Shown one piece after another: positions 1 through 9,857 of a DNA stretch of 64,000 nt. The notes beneath the pieces were generated by a model, which worked only from the letters and a program-made list of their open reading frames with translations, searched no databases and had not been told where the DNA came from. The DNA is taken from IMG/VR virus record IMGVR_UViG_3300030419_008158, positions 62,001 to 126,000 of that record; one strand, written 5' to 3'. Position numbers and translations under genes: made by a program. The first letter of the stretch is position 1. The number at the start of each line of letters is the position of its first letter.

Positions 1-1349
1 TGGGACATTTGCTTCTTTTCAGCATCTTCAGCTTCAGCAGCTATTTGTGAGTAGCTAATTCCTTGTTTATCCAGCGCAAAGGCAGCATCGAGACTTTTTG
101 CCGGCATTCTTGTAATCTGAGCCAAGTACATTCTCTGCTGGTAGTTAAAGTCTTTCAAGTTGTGTCCAGCTCTAAAGAATGATTTTCTAATAATGTCTAT
201 TTTTTCAGCCGGATTTTGGGCTGACATTAGCTCGACAGCATCAACATTCATTTGGAATTGCTGAGCCATCTGAGAGGCTGCCTCTACTGTGTCTGAGAAA
301 CCCGCAAAAGACTGCATGATGTTTGCCATGTCTTTTATCTCGAGTCCCAATTTCCTTGCATAAGCTGTAATAGGCGCAAATGCTTTTGGTCCCAAATGAC
401 CGAAGTTCTCAACGTCTTGCGTGAGCTCTTTCATTCCTTTGGCCATGTCCTTGACACCCATGCCAAATCGCTTAGCGGTTCTTACTGCAGTCTTGCTAAA
501 GCGAGTTAGAAATTTCTCAGGATCTTCGCCACGGGCCTCAGCAATTCCCATAAGTTCAGAAAATTCTTCTTTAGAAACCCCCAAACCTCTCTGAAAAATG
601 ATAGCCTTATCACCCATTGTCTCGAAATGTTTTTGCAGTCGATAAAAATTGTCTCCTGCAGCTGCTGCAAGCTCTGTGAGATCTTTAAGAAGAGCAGCAA
701 TACCATCACGACCATACCCATAAACATTTCTAATTGTAAGTCCGGTACCGGCTAAACTTTTACCGCTATGTCTTATTTTGTTAAAGGTGTCACGAACGGA
801 CTTTCCTGGTCCTGATGCTAAATCGCCCATAACATCTCTAAGCTCTTCCATCGCTTCAGCTATGGGACGTCCAGCAGAGCCCTCTTGAGACATTTCAACT
901 AGACTGCCAAAAAGTTTAAAAGGAAACGTAAAGAGAGCAAATGCTGTTTTAGCCAAAGAAGCCGCGATGCTCAAAACCGCACTAGCAACATTTTTAATGA
1001 TGCTGATTCCACCACTAAAAATACTCCCCAAAGAGCCGAATACTTCTCCCAGTACACTAAATCCGCTGCTAGCTTCTTCTGCAGCATCAGCTGCTTCGTT
1101 GAGAGAATCTTCCAGCTCTTTGGCAGCATCGTTGCTGTCTTTTAGCGCATCTGAGCTGTTTCGAAGTGCACTCGTCATGCTGCGAACATTTCTTGTGGAT
1201 CTACTCGAGCCAAGACTAGACGCTAAATTAGATGCTAAGTTACTTTGCGTGGAAAGAGTCTTATTTTGCTCTGCTAATAGCTTGTTTCGTTCAACTAAAG
1301 CAGCATTGATATCTCTTTCAAGCTGTAGCTGTTGTGTTAGATCCGCCAT
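1..1349 (-). CDS. Tail tape measure protein, N-terminal part (runs off the left edge)
   Basis: Absent from the ORF track because truncated. Manual translation from ATG 1349 gives MADLTQQLQLERDINAALVERNKLL... and stays open to position 1. Helical, Ala/Ser/Leu/Lys-rich with a hydrophobic segment (FSVLGEVFGSLGSIFSGGISII). Lies directly downstream of tail tube and chaperones. Confidence 0.85.
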   Translation of the reverse strand, partial: MADLTQQLQLERDINAALVERNKLLAEQNKTLSTQSNLASNLASSLGSSRSTRNVRSMTSALRNSSDALKDSNDAAKELEDSLNEAADAAEEASSGFSVLGEVFGSLGSIFSGGISIIKNVASAVLSIAASLAKTAFALFTFPFKLFGSLVEMSQEGSAGRPIAEAMEELRDVMGDLASGPGKSVRDTFNKIRHSGKSLAGTGLTIRNVYGYGRDGIAALLKDLTELAAAAGDNFYRLQKHFETMGDKAIIFQRGLGVSKEEFSELMGIAEARGEDPEKFLTRFSKTAVRTAKRFGMGVKDMAKGMKELTQDVENFGHLGPKAFAPITAYARKLGLEIKDMANIMQSFAGFSDTVEAASQMAQQFQMNVDAVELMSAQNPAEKIDIIRKSFFRAGHNLKDFNYQQRMYLAQITRMPAKSLDAAFALDKQGISYSQIAAEAEDAEKKQMS

Positions 1350-1354
1350 GTTCA

Positions 1355-1363
1355 CTAAATATC
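1355..1363 (-). promoter_or_regulatory. Putative late promoter motif GATATTTAG upstream of tape measure gene
   Basis: Recurring intergenic ATAnTTA motif, 5 nt upstream of ATG 1349. Confidence 0.6.
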
Positions 1364-1374
1364 TTAAAGTGAAA

Positions 1375-1644
1375 CTAGGTGAAACGTCTTAGTTTGGCAG
1401 GTACCTGGTCTCTTTGGAACCCGGACATGGCTCTTGAAGCTGAATCGTTGGAGTGGGCTGCTCTAGACTGTCCCCTAGCTGAGTCCATTTCTTTTACGAG
1501 GCGCTCTATAAACCACTCTCTTTGCCAGACTGGTAAATTCATGCACTCTGAGTATGTAAAGCCCATATAGTACATGAGTGTAAAAGTGGGCTCAAGAATA
1601 AATTGTTTGTCGTTAGGCGTCAGGCCAAAAAAAGCTAGCGCCAA
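1375..1644 (-). CDS. Tail assembly chaperone, T4 gp51-like / lambda gpT-like; possibly made as a frameshift fusion
   Basis: FTLMYYMGFTYSECMNLPVWQREWFIERL resembles the gp51-type motif (F.LM...K.S..E..NM.PWER). Overlaps the upstream gene by 32 nt across a T7 run; TTG start. Confidence 0.7.
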   Translation of the reverse strand: MALAFFGLTPNDKQFILEPTFTLMYYMGFTYSECMNLPVWQREWFIERLVKEMDSARGQSRAAHSNDSASRAMSGFQRDQVPAKLRRFT

Positions 1645-2467
1645 TAGGCAAACTCACCTCCGATTGCTCGTAACAGTGATCACATGTCATCCATGCCTTC
1701 ATTTCAATGCCTGGCTCGTTATCATCCATAAACTTTCTAAGAGAACGGCTATCTTTAGCAGGCATATTTCTAACAAACAAAGAAATTTTATTTTTATCTT
1801 CGATTCCATCGATTGAAATGATTGAATGCAAGAGACGACTAGTAACAATATTGTCCACATCTCCACCGAGCTTCTTTTTCTTTCGTCGGTCTGACTCAGT
1901 GCTCATATTGGTCTCGTCTTTGCCTGTTAAGAATCTAAAAACAACTTTCTTTTTTGAAATTGGAAGTTCATACTCGAAAGCATTTTCTCCCGGACTTATT
2001 GGGTCTATAGCAAGCCTTTTTATAGGTAGTTCTGAAAGTTGAAATTCAGGACTATTCTTCTCATCGCATTCAGGACAGTTAACTTCTACTTTATATTCTG
2101 ATCCATAGCCCGTAATTCTAATTGCAGTCATAAGAGCATTTCTGTCTCCAGAAATCAGCTTTTCGACGTCTATTGATTTATCCACTATGCAAGACCTTAG
2201 AAGTTCGCTAATTACTGTTCCCTTCTTGATCAAAGCCCGAGAAGTCAAAATATCCTCTTCACGAGCTGTCATTGCTCTAATTTCAATAGTTTCTTTGTTG
2301 TAAGATGAACTATCAGATGAATATATTTTTCCCTCTGATGGAAGAGGGACAGACTCGACAGGGACTTCCATGCCAAAATCATCTTTCATCACATTTCGTG
2401 TTGAAAATCCTTGTGCACTGGCCTGTTGTGCTGTAAATACTGAATTTCCGTCTCTATTGTCGCTCAC
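1613..2467 (-). CDS. T4 gp26-like baseplate hub / tail assembly chaperone
   Basis: VPLPSEGK, RAMTAREEDIL, GDRNALMTAIRITGYG, CPEC and CDHC zinc motifs and C-terminal FFWP. AGGAG RBS before the GTG start. Confidence 0.8.
   Translation of the reverse strand: MSDNRDGNSVFTAQQASAQGFSTRNVMKDDFGMEVPVESVPLPSEGKIYSSDSSSYNKETIEIRAMTAREEDILTSRALIKKGTVISELLRSCIVDKSIDVEKLISGDRNALMTAIRITGYGSEYKVEVNCPECDEKNSPEFQLSELPIKRLAIDPISPGENAFEYELPISKKKVVFRFLTGKDETNMSTESDRRKKKKLGGDVDNIVTSRLLHSIISIDGIEDKNKISLFVRNMPAKDSRSLRKFMDDNEPGIEMKAWMTCDHCYEQSEVSLPIGASFFWPDA
1627..1633 (-). other. Candidate programmed ribosomal frameshift site (U7)
   Basis: Minus strand reads AGC TTT TTT TGG in the upstream frame and GCT TTT TTT GGC in the downstream frame, at the classic chaperone position between tail tube and tape measure genes. 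Confidence 0.55.
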
Positions 2468-2489
2468 GTTATCTCCTGTTAGTTACTAA

Positions 2490-2496
2490 TAGGTAT
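2490..2496 (-). promoter_or_regulatory. Variant late promoter motif (ATACCTA)
   Basis: One mismatch to ATAnTTA, between the tube terminator and the chaperone RBS. Confidence 0.35.
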
Positions 2497-2530
2497 AGCA
2501 GTCCTATTGTTTGATTGTCGGCAAAAGTGT

Positions 2531-2566
2531 AAAAAAAAAGGGCTTCGAAAAATTCGAAGCCCTTTT
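2531..2566 (-). terminator. Rho-independent terminator after tail tube gene
   Basis: Perfect stem AAAAGGGCTTCGAA/TTCGAAGCCCTTTT with a 3-nt loop, running into T9 on the minus strand. Confidence 0.9.
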
Positions 2567-2584
2567 GCACAGCAATGTTTGCTT

Positions 2585-3073
2585 TTAGTATTGCAGTACG
2601 CAGTTGTCAAAACGAATTGTAAGAGAAATCTCTGTGGGCTCAGATGTTCCGTAATCAAGCGAACCAAAGTCGGCAGCTGTCAAGAATCCACCCTTAATGT
2701 CCCAGAGCTCTACAACCGTTCCAATTGGATCAAGCATCTTGAGCTGAATGTCTCTTTTATAAAAATCCGCGTAGCCGGCGCGGCCCGAGACTGATTCGAA
2801 ATGTGTTCTTATCCATTCCATGACCTGCTGCGCACCAGACGGAGCGATAGGGTCGTGAAGTGTAACGGACAACGTTTCAAAAGATGCCTTACCAGCGACA
2901 AAGCGCTTGTGGTTAATATACGGAATCTCAATTTCTTCAATTGAAACATTGGGACGAGATGCCGTCTTTACGATAAAAGCGTCAATACCCTCGATAGCAA
3001 GAACCCACCTAAACTGTCTTTTGGGCTCAAACTTGTTGGGTAGCATATCTGTAACTGCGAGTGTTTCTGCCAT
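2585..3073 (-). CDS. gp19: Tail tube protein (T4 gp19-like)
   Basis: FEPKRQFRW, RPNVSIEEIEIPYIN, VMEW and YKRDIQLKMLDP..VVELW motifs; 162 aa; follows the sheath genes. Confidence 0.92.
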   Translation of the reverse strand: MAETLAVTDMLPNKFEPKRQFRWVLAIEGIDAFIVKTASRPNVSIEEIEIPYINHKRFVAGKASFETLSVTLHDPIAPSGAQQVMEWIRTHFESVSGRAGYADFYKRDIQLKMLDPIGTVVELWDIKGGFLTAADFGSLDYGTSEPTEISLTIRFDNCVLQY

Positions 3074-3095
3074 TTTAATCTCCTAGCTGTGCATA

Positions 3096-3103
3096 TAAGT
3101 ATG
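3096..3103 (-). promoter_or_regulatory. Putative late promoter motif CATACTTA upstream of tail tube
   Basis: ATAnTTA motif in the 42-nt gap, followed by AGGAG RBS. Confidence 0.55.
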
Positions 3104-3115
3104 CAGTAATCAAAT

Positions 3116-6100
3116 TTAGATGCTGTTACTAACAACAAAATCAAGCGACACAAATTCAACCGATCTCGTGGGCTGCAAGAAGATGCGGCCACGAATGGTA
3201 TTGTTCTCGATATCCGCCTGTGTCGTGGTGGTAGTATCGATTATTACTCTAAATCTATCCAATCCGCCTTGTGACTGCACATCGGCGAGAATTGGCTGAA
3301 CTCTTGCTTGAAAAGCCGCAATTGTTGCTGCCTGGTTGGGCTCAAACAAGAATGTTCTAGCAACGTCTCTAACACGGCGTCTGACGTCGATGAGCAGCCT
3401 TCTAACATTAACTCTATCAAGAGCACTTTGTGCTGCCAGTAGAGTCTTCTGTCCAAAGACCGTTACACCGCCCGAAGATGTTACATCACCAATAATTGGG
3501 TTGATGTCTGCTGTGTAGAGATCGTCTCTGTTTTGCTGTAAAAGCTCAACTCCGGGATAAATTGCTGATGGGAGCACGCCTCTGGTAAAGCCAGCGGGTG
3601 CAAACCAAGGATGTGCCAAGGAATCGTTGAGAGAGAATGCTCCCAAAACGACCGCCGTAGCAGGTGCTTTTACATTTGTTCTTGTTGCGGGATCTGCTAC
3701 AACAACATCAGGATAATAAGCAGCTGCAAATGAAGAGTCAAGTGCACGTCCCGAAAATCTATTTATTGTATTTGCAACGCTTGGAATCTGCAAAGAGGAA
3801 GTTACAAAAGTATCAACTTCATCCTTTTCTTCTACATCCATCAGGAAGAGAGCGTCGAATCTTCGCTCTGTGGCTTCCATCGCGTAGTCTGTAACTGCTG
3901 GGTGTCTAATTCCCGGTATTGCCAGGAGCTGTACATCTACATCTTGCTTTGCTTCCATCAAGTCCATGGCTTTTCTATAAGCTGCAACCGTTGGACCAGA
4001 TTTTCCTCCCTGGTTTGTGTCTGTCATTTCTCTTCTAACAGCTGCATCGCTCAGCTTAGCTTTGTCGCTATTGAAGACATTGACTCCGTCCCATCCTCCA
4101 ATCATCGGAAGTGTAAACTTGAGATATTTTTGTGTGGGAACATGCGAGAAATCTTTTGAAGGATCCAAGAATCGAGATCCGATGCCGGCGGTGCCGTCTC
4201 TGTTTGTAAGAGTAGTTGCCGCAACTCCGTTTCTCTGGTACTTGGCAGCTGCCCATTGTTGTGGGTCTGGCCTATCATTTGATCCAGTAATAACCTCGAC
4301 TCTCTCTAGAGAAAAGAAGTTGTTATTGAATTTGTCAGCGTCAAGAACGGATCCAGCAACATCAGCTGTCCCCTCGTTAGACCCTACCCACGGATTCTCG
4401 TTGACCGTGTGGAAATTTGGGAACCACTTAGCAAACGATAGGAGCGAAGTATCGATCTTTTCGTTGGCGTTGGGGCGAGCGATGCTGGTCTTGTTTTCAA
4501 ACTGGACACCCCACGTAAAGTCTACCTTTACATTTTTCCGTGGAGACACACCCACTGCGATGTTTTCTCTCATTGGAATTGGAGGCTGTACGACTCTTGC
4601 CAGCTCATCACCTGAAATGCCTACATCATCTGTAATTGCTTGAGTTGAGTAAAGTCCTGTCAAAATGGAAGTCTTGTCAGACGTTCCAGATGTCACTAGG
4701 TGGTGTACTCCTCTAAATCCTGTTGGGAGAGCAGACGCATCAACTGCACCATTCTTTAACTCAGAGCTTATTTCAACTCTAACAAAGTTTGAAACATTAG
4801 CATAGTCGCCCTCTACAACGACTTTTTGAGCTCCGCTGGACGCATCAAAGTCAAAGAATGTATTTCTATCTCCGATTCGCTTAGCAATATAGTTGTCACT
4901 TGTAAGATCAAGTGAGCACCCTCTGAAGGATTCTACTACTTGAGGATTCAAATCATTGTCGAGGAAACGTCTCACTAGAACATCAAATGTTCCATATTTG
5001 TTGTTAGCTTTGCTTGATGCTTTGACATTTTCAATTGTGATCTTAAATTCACCAGAACCAATTGATCCGTCAGACAGCGTGTGGAATCTAAACAGATTTG
5101 TATTTCGTGCACCAAACTTTTGAGAAACAATAAAGGGAGAAAATGCTGCACTAAATCTATCTTCCCAGTTTTCAAAGTTTGGAGTTCCAACTTTTGATGC
5201 TGTTGTAGTAGTGCCTGTGTTTCTCGCCTGTGAACCTGTAAGGAGCATGACTGCCTCTTCCAGATTGGAACGCGCTCCACCCGATACACCGCCTGTTCTT
5301 GCATCTCCGCATAAGTCAGTGATAACATTAGTTCCTGTTACAACTGCCAAGTTTGTGCTAACATCGTAATGTGCATACAAGTAGTGACCAGCATCCTGAA
5401 TTTTCTTAGGATCTGTGTTGAAGACATTGACGAAGTAGTTCGGTGCAGCCGGGTCCATAGAAGCGGTCAGAACATTGTTGTATTGGTCGTTCTTCTTAAG
5501 ACCGTTGACAAGCATCACGAACTGATTTGTGCTTGTGTTGATCGATCCTATCGGTGCACCGGCGTTCTCGGAAGCAGTAAACACCAAGCTTGCTGCCCTA
5601 TCGTCTGCGACAGCATTGTTGGGCTCAAGCGTTGAACTTAGCCCCAAAACCACTCCGGAAGGCGCCATAAGCACACCTCGAAGAATTGGGTGAGCTATGT
5701 TCTGTCCAGATGTCTGTATGCCTGCTTCACTAAAGATCGTAGATCCGGCTGATTCTGACATAAGAGTGACAAGCATGTGTGTTCTACCAAGGATGCTGTT
5801 TCCATCGTCACCTCCGGAAAAGTTTGATTCCGTGATACCGCCGTTTATCGTCAGGCGATCAGCATCTCCATTTGTGACTGCTGATATTGTTGTGTTGCCA
5901 AGTCGACCTGACGTTACTTGAGCTACCGTAATAGTGTCATCAGTTGCCGTAGTTGTAGACAAAGTTGCAGTCATTCGTCCGCTGTGACCAAGCGAGGACT
6001 CGATAGCAGCTTTGATTTGTGCTGCAATTGTGCCTTCGGAGCTTAATCCCTTGATGTCTGCAAGAATTGAAACCCCGTCTGAGCTCGTATCGCCTGTCTC

Positions 6101-6643
6101 ATAGGAATCAGCTAGCGCGTCGTGAGTCTGAAATTGCCTGCTTGTACCATCTGAGGAGACCAGGGTGAATTTCATGTCTCGTAGCTGTGCTGGGTTGGAT
6201 GTCTTTACAATTATTGTTGCCGTAGCAGCTGTACCAGCTGCTGTGATTGCACCAGCTTTTTCGTTGTTCCCTAGAAGACCGTTGGCTTGCGGGAGTCTAT
6301 CACCGACAACAAAGCCTGCGTTGTTTACACGACCCGCATTGTCACCTGTTGATTTTCTGGCTGTTCCGTCTCCGGCGCCTAGAACACGAACGTAAGTACC
6401 TGCCCCTGCGTTTCTAAGCCACTCTCGCATAGCGATTGGGCCAAATTTTTCCCCATCAGAGTTTCCAAAGACAGAGATGAAGTCTTGGAAGGTTGCAACA
6501 GTAACTGGAACGAATGCAGGACCTCTAACAGCGGTTCCTACCACACCAGCCGGTATGCCTGTTGGGGATATCTGTGTTGGACCCGAAAGATCAATCTCCC
6601 GGGTTACCACGCCTGGGCTAACTGGAAATGTTAACTCTGCCAT
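3116..6643 (-). CDS. gp18: Tail sheath protein, paralog 2 (gp18-like)
   Basis: N-terminal SPGVVTREIDLS and GPAFVP; C-terminal PWFAPAGFTRG, INPI, FGQKTL, ALDRVNVRRLL and FEPN. Confidence 0.95.
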   Translation of the reverse strand: MAELTFPVSPGVVTREIDLSGPTQISPTGIPAGVVGTAVRGPAFVPVTVATFQDFISVFGNSDGEKFGPIAMREWLRNAGAGTYVRVLGAGDGTARKSTGDNAGRVNNAGFVVGDRLPQANGLLGNNEKAGAITAAGTAATATIIVKTSNPAQLRDMKFTLVSSDGTSRQFQTHDALADSYETGDTSSDGVSILADIKGLSSEGTIAAQIKAAIESSLGHSGRMTATLSTTTATDDTITVAQVTSGRLGNTTISAVTNGDADRLTINGGITESNFSGGDDGNSILGRTHMLVTLMSESAGSTIFSEAGIQTSGQNIAHPILRGVLMAPSGVVLGLSSTLEPNNAVADDRAASLVFTASENAGAPIGSINTSTNQFVMLVNGLKKNDQYNNVLTASMDPAAPNYFVNVFNTDPKKIQDAGHYLYAHYDVSTNLAVVTGTNVITDLCGDARTGGVSGGARSNLEEAVMLLTGSQARNTGTTTTASKVGTPNFENWEDRFSAAFSPFIVSQKFGARNTNLFRFHTLSDGSIGSGEFKITIENVKASSKANNKYGTFDVLVRRFLDNDLNPQVVESFRGCSLDLTSDNYIAKRIGDRNTFFDFDASSGAQKVVVEGDYANVSNFVRVEISSELKNGAVDASALPTGFRGVHHLVTSGTSDKTSILTGLYSTQAITDDVGISGDELARVVQPPIPMRENIAVGVSPRKNVKVDFTWGVQFENKTSIARPNANEKIDTSLLSFAKWFPNFHTVNENPWVGSNEGTADVAGSVLDADKFNNNFFSLERVEVITGSNDRPDPQQWAAAKYQRNGVAATTLTNRDGTAGIGSRFLDPSKDFSHVPTQKYLKFTLPMIGGWDGVNVFNSDKAKLSDAAVRREMTDTNQGGKSGPTVAAYRKAMDLMEAKQDVDVQLLAIPGIRHPAVTDYAMEATERRFDALFLMDVEEKDEVDTFVTSSLQIPSVANTINRFSGRALDSSFAAAYYPDVVVADPATRTNVKAPATAVVLGAFSLNDSLAHPWFAPAGFTRGVLPSAIYPGVELLQQNRDDLYTADINPIIGDVTSSGGVTVFGQKTLLAAQSALDRVNVRRLLIDVRRRVRDVARTFLFEPNQAATIAAFQARVQPILADVQSQGGLDRFRVIIDTTTTTQADIENNTIRGRIFLQPTRSVEFVSLDFVVSNSI

Positions 6644-6672
6644 TTTTTCTCCTGCTTGTATCTACTTATCAT

Positions 6673-9600
6673 TTACTCAAAGCTCACGCCACTGTTTGTG
6701 ATGATAAAGTCAATTGCTATAAACTCAACAGCACGGGTTGGAACAACCTGAATTGACGCCCTTAGTCTATTTTGTTCGACGTCAGCTGCTGTATTATTAG
6801 TATCGTCGCAAATGACCTTGAAGGCCTCGATTCCTTGTCCTGCCTGAACTGCTGTTAGCTGTTGAACTGTTTTGGCGACAAAATCAGCTCTTGTAGCTGC
6901 ATTATTCTGCTCAAACACGATGTTGTTTGCGATTCCTGTGACTCGTCGTTTGACGTCCAGAAGCATTCTTCTAACATTGATTCTGTCAAGTGCAGATTGT
7001 GCAACTTGAAGCGTCTTTTGACCAAAAATTACGAAGCCTGCGCGTGGGAACGTGGCAATTGGGTTGATTCTTGCATCGTATAGATCGTCTCGATCATTAG
7101 ATGAAAGTCTATTTTCAACATTTGACACGAAGGACAGCGCGCCTCGACTGAATCCGGCCGGGGCGAACCACACCTGCTTGTCTCTATCATTGAATCCAAG
7201 TGCTCCAACTGCGGCAATTGAAGGTGGTACTTCCACAACTCGATTATTAACATCATCATTGATATTGACATTCGGGAAGTATGTAGCAACGTAATTGTTG
7301 TCAATTGCTCTACTTTCAAACTGTGACACTGTTTTTGTCACATCAGATCTATTGCCTGAGTCATCGTATAGTCTGGTCGTATCTTTGTCGTACTCGGGTA
7401 TGTCCATGAGATACATAGCAAGCCCATACTTTTTGACCGCATCAGACGCGTGATCTGTGACGTAAGAATCTCTAGCTCCGGGCACTGCAAGAAGGTTAAT
7501 TCTTGTTGTGACTGGGTTTGTTATTATGTCAATTCCTTTTTGCAGTGAGTAGACCTGGTTGTTTCTTCGGCCAGCTCCTGCTGGGTTTTTCGGTGCCGTT
7601 CCATCACCACCCAAACCGATGACGGGATCAGTAACATTTTTTCCGCCAACGTCAGCAGACAATGCCCTGTCGCGGAAATAGAATTGATCCTCGTCAAGAA
7701 TATTAACTCCGTCGAACCCACCGTAGAAGATGTTTGTATACTTGGCAAACCCTGTAAAACGATTGAACAGAGCTGAAGACGTTGCAAGAAGCGACGCCAT
7801 TGTAATTCTATTGCTTCTAGTACCGTCATTGACTGTATACGTCGTTGAATTTGGTATTCCGTTTCTTACGTAAGCTGCTTCAAGTATATGTTCTGATGCT
7901 GTTCCTGTTACGCGAGTCGTTACTTCTGAAAGAGTGTCTGCATGATTGTACAGAGCGACTCGTGCTAAAGAAAACTTATTGCAGTTGAACACATCTTTTC
8001 CGGAGCCTGTAACCAGTGCATCCAGCTTCTCAATTCCCACGAATTTTGTGTATGCTCTAACAAGTGGGTTGATGCCTGCACCTTTGTTCGCATCTAAAGC
8101 AGCATTTGTCATTCCTAACACTGAGTCTGTGGAGGAAGACATCGGCGTGGGATTTGTTTTAACACCCCAATACAGACGACCGTCAACTCTTTCATCATCT
8201 CCAGGTTTACCTAAAAAGTCCGGGCTAGAGTTGACTGGCCCTTTTGTTACCTTGACTCTGTAAGGCATGGGAGGAACAATTGAAGCAGATGCGGGTATTC
8301 CGTCCACACCGTTTGTCAATCTTCTAGTAACTGCATCACCATATGTTGTTCCGTCAACTGTAAGAGCAGAAGTAGGCCCATCTGTAAGCGTGTCTGTCGT
8401 CTTGAGAGTGGGTATTCCACGATAGCCAAAGGGAAGTGCATCCTTGGGTGTAATTCCCTTGTCCGCTTGCTCGTTCATGACTATTCTAATTCTGGCAGAA
8501 ACATTTGGATATTTTCCTGTCACAACTAAGCGTCTTTCGTCCGGATCTTCCTGATCGAAATCGAATCTTACTTTTTTGTCTCCGATGAGACGTGCAACAT
8601 AACGATCTGATTTTGGATCGAGAGAGCAGTTTGGATATCTTTCAAGAATTGAAGAATTTCCGTCACTATCTTCAAAAGATCGAACTTGAACTTCAAATGA
8701 TCCAAAGGGCTGCTTTTCATTTGTCGAAGCTTTAAGACCCGCAATTGAAATTTTGAATTTTTCATTTGCATATGCACCATCATCTATACACTCAAAATGG
8801 AAAAGATCAAATTCTGCCTTGCCATAAGGTTGAGAAATGAATGATGTAGTTCTTGGTGTTGTATATCGAGTATCAAATCTACCGAACAGCACTTCAAACT
8901 GATTAGTCAAAGGATCATCACCGGAAGTGTTTTGTGTTCCGCTCAAAATTCTAACTGAAACATTGCCAGAATCTGATATCACTGGGGCTAAGTCGTGCTC
9001 GACAGCAAAATCTGCATAAAGCAAATGCTGCTCTTCTTGGAATCTCAGGGGATCTGTATTGAGAATTTTACCAATGTATGCTCCGTCGCTTGGATCTAGA
9101 GAGGCAGACAAAATACGAAGCCCTGCAAATGTCTCATCGGATCCGTATGTCTTGCCCTCAGAAGAGCTTAGAATTAGCTTGAAATATTTTGACTGCGTTA
9201 GAGAAGATCCACCAATTGCTCCAACTTTTGCTTCGTTTGTAGCCGCTGAAACATTAAAAAATGCATCGTTATCAAGCGTAAGAAGTCTTGTTCCTGAAGA
9301 TAGCAAAACCATCCCTCTGATCAAGCTCATATCATTTGCGCTTACGATGCTGTCGTTGTCTGTAAAGACTGGAAAACCGTTGGCTTCTTCTGCAGCTGCA
9401 TTGTGTCTAGCAGTAATAAACTGAACTGAGCCTTTTGAGGCCATTAGACCGTTTGCACCCGCTGCTGTATCAAGCGTCCCGGACACTATAAACCCTGCAT
9501 TCGAAACGACGCCTGCAGTTCGTGTATTCCCTATATGTGTTGCTGTTTCGTTTGCGCCAGCACCCAAAACTCTAACGTACGTGCAAGCTGTTCGCTGATC

Positions 9601-9822
9601 CAGCCATTTTTGCACTGCATACGGTCCAAATCTTTTGGGATCAAGTGATCCGAACTTTGTTTCAAAGTCTTCAAACGATCCAACTGTAACCGGTACGAAA
9701 GCGGGTCCCTTCTGCGCGGTGCCTACAATTCCCGCTGGAATTCCTGTTACCGACGTGGTTCGACCCGATAAATCGATTTCTTGATCGAAAAATCCTGGCG
9801 ATCTAAAAGTCTGCTCTGCCAT
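6673..9822 (-). CDS. gp18: Tail sheath protein, paralog 1 (gp18-like)
   Basis: SPGFFDQEIDLS, KGPAFVP, WFAPAGFSRG, RINPIATFP, FGQKTLQ and LDRINVRRML. Confidence 0.95.
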   Translation of the reverse strand: MAEQTFRSPGFFDQEIDLSGRTTSVTGIPAGIVGTAQKGPAFVPVTVGSFEDFETKFGSLDPKRFGPYAVQKWLDQRTACTYVRVLGAGANETATHIGNTRTAGVVSNAGFIVSGTLDTAAGANGLMASKGSVQFITARHNAAAEEANGFPVFTDNDSIVSANDMSLIRGMVLLSSGTRLLTLDNDAFFNVSAATNEAKVGAIGGSSLTQSKYFKLILSSSEGKTYGSDETFAGLRILSASLDPSDGAYIGKILNTDPLRFQEEQHLLYADFAVEHDLAPVISDSGNVSVRILSGTQNTSGDDPLTNQFEVLFGRFDTRYTTPRTTSFISQPYGKAEFDLFHFECIDDGAYANEKFKISIAGLKASTNEKQPFGSFEVQVRSFEDSDGNSSILERYPNCSLDPKSDRYVARLIGDKKVRFDFDQEDPDERRLVVTGKYPNVSARIRIVMNEQADKGITPKDALPFGYRGIPTLKTTDTLTDGPTSALTVDGTTYGDAVTRRLTNGVDGIPASASIVPPMPYRVKVTKGPVNSSPDFLGKPGDDERVDGRLYWGVKTNPTPMSSSTDSVLGMTNAALDANKGAGINPLVRAYTKFVGIEKLDALVTGSGKDVFNCNKFSLARVALYNHADTLSEVTTRVTGTASEHILEAAYVRNGIPNSTTYTVNDGTRSNRITMASLLATSSALFNRFTGFAKYTNIFYGGFDGVNILDEDQFYFRDRALSADVGGKNVTDPVIGLGGDGTAPKNPAGAGRRNNQVYSLQKGIDIITNPVTTRINLLAVPGARDSYVTDHASDAVKKYGLAMYLMDIPEYDKDTTRLYDDSGNRSDVTKTVSQFESRAIDNNYVATYFPNVNINDDVNNRVVEVPPSIAAVGALGFNDRDKQVWFAPAGFSRGALSFVSNVENRLSSNDRDDLYDARINPIATFPRAGFVIFGQKTLQVAQSALDRINVRRMLLDVKRRVTGIANNIVFEQNNAATRADFVAKTVQQLTAVQAGQGIEAFKVICDDTNNTAADVEQNRLRASIQVVPTRAVEFIAIDFIITNSGVSFE

Positions 9823-9857
9823 GTCTTCTCCTGTTCGTTACTTACGAAGCTCTGTTG

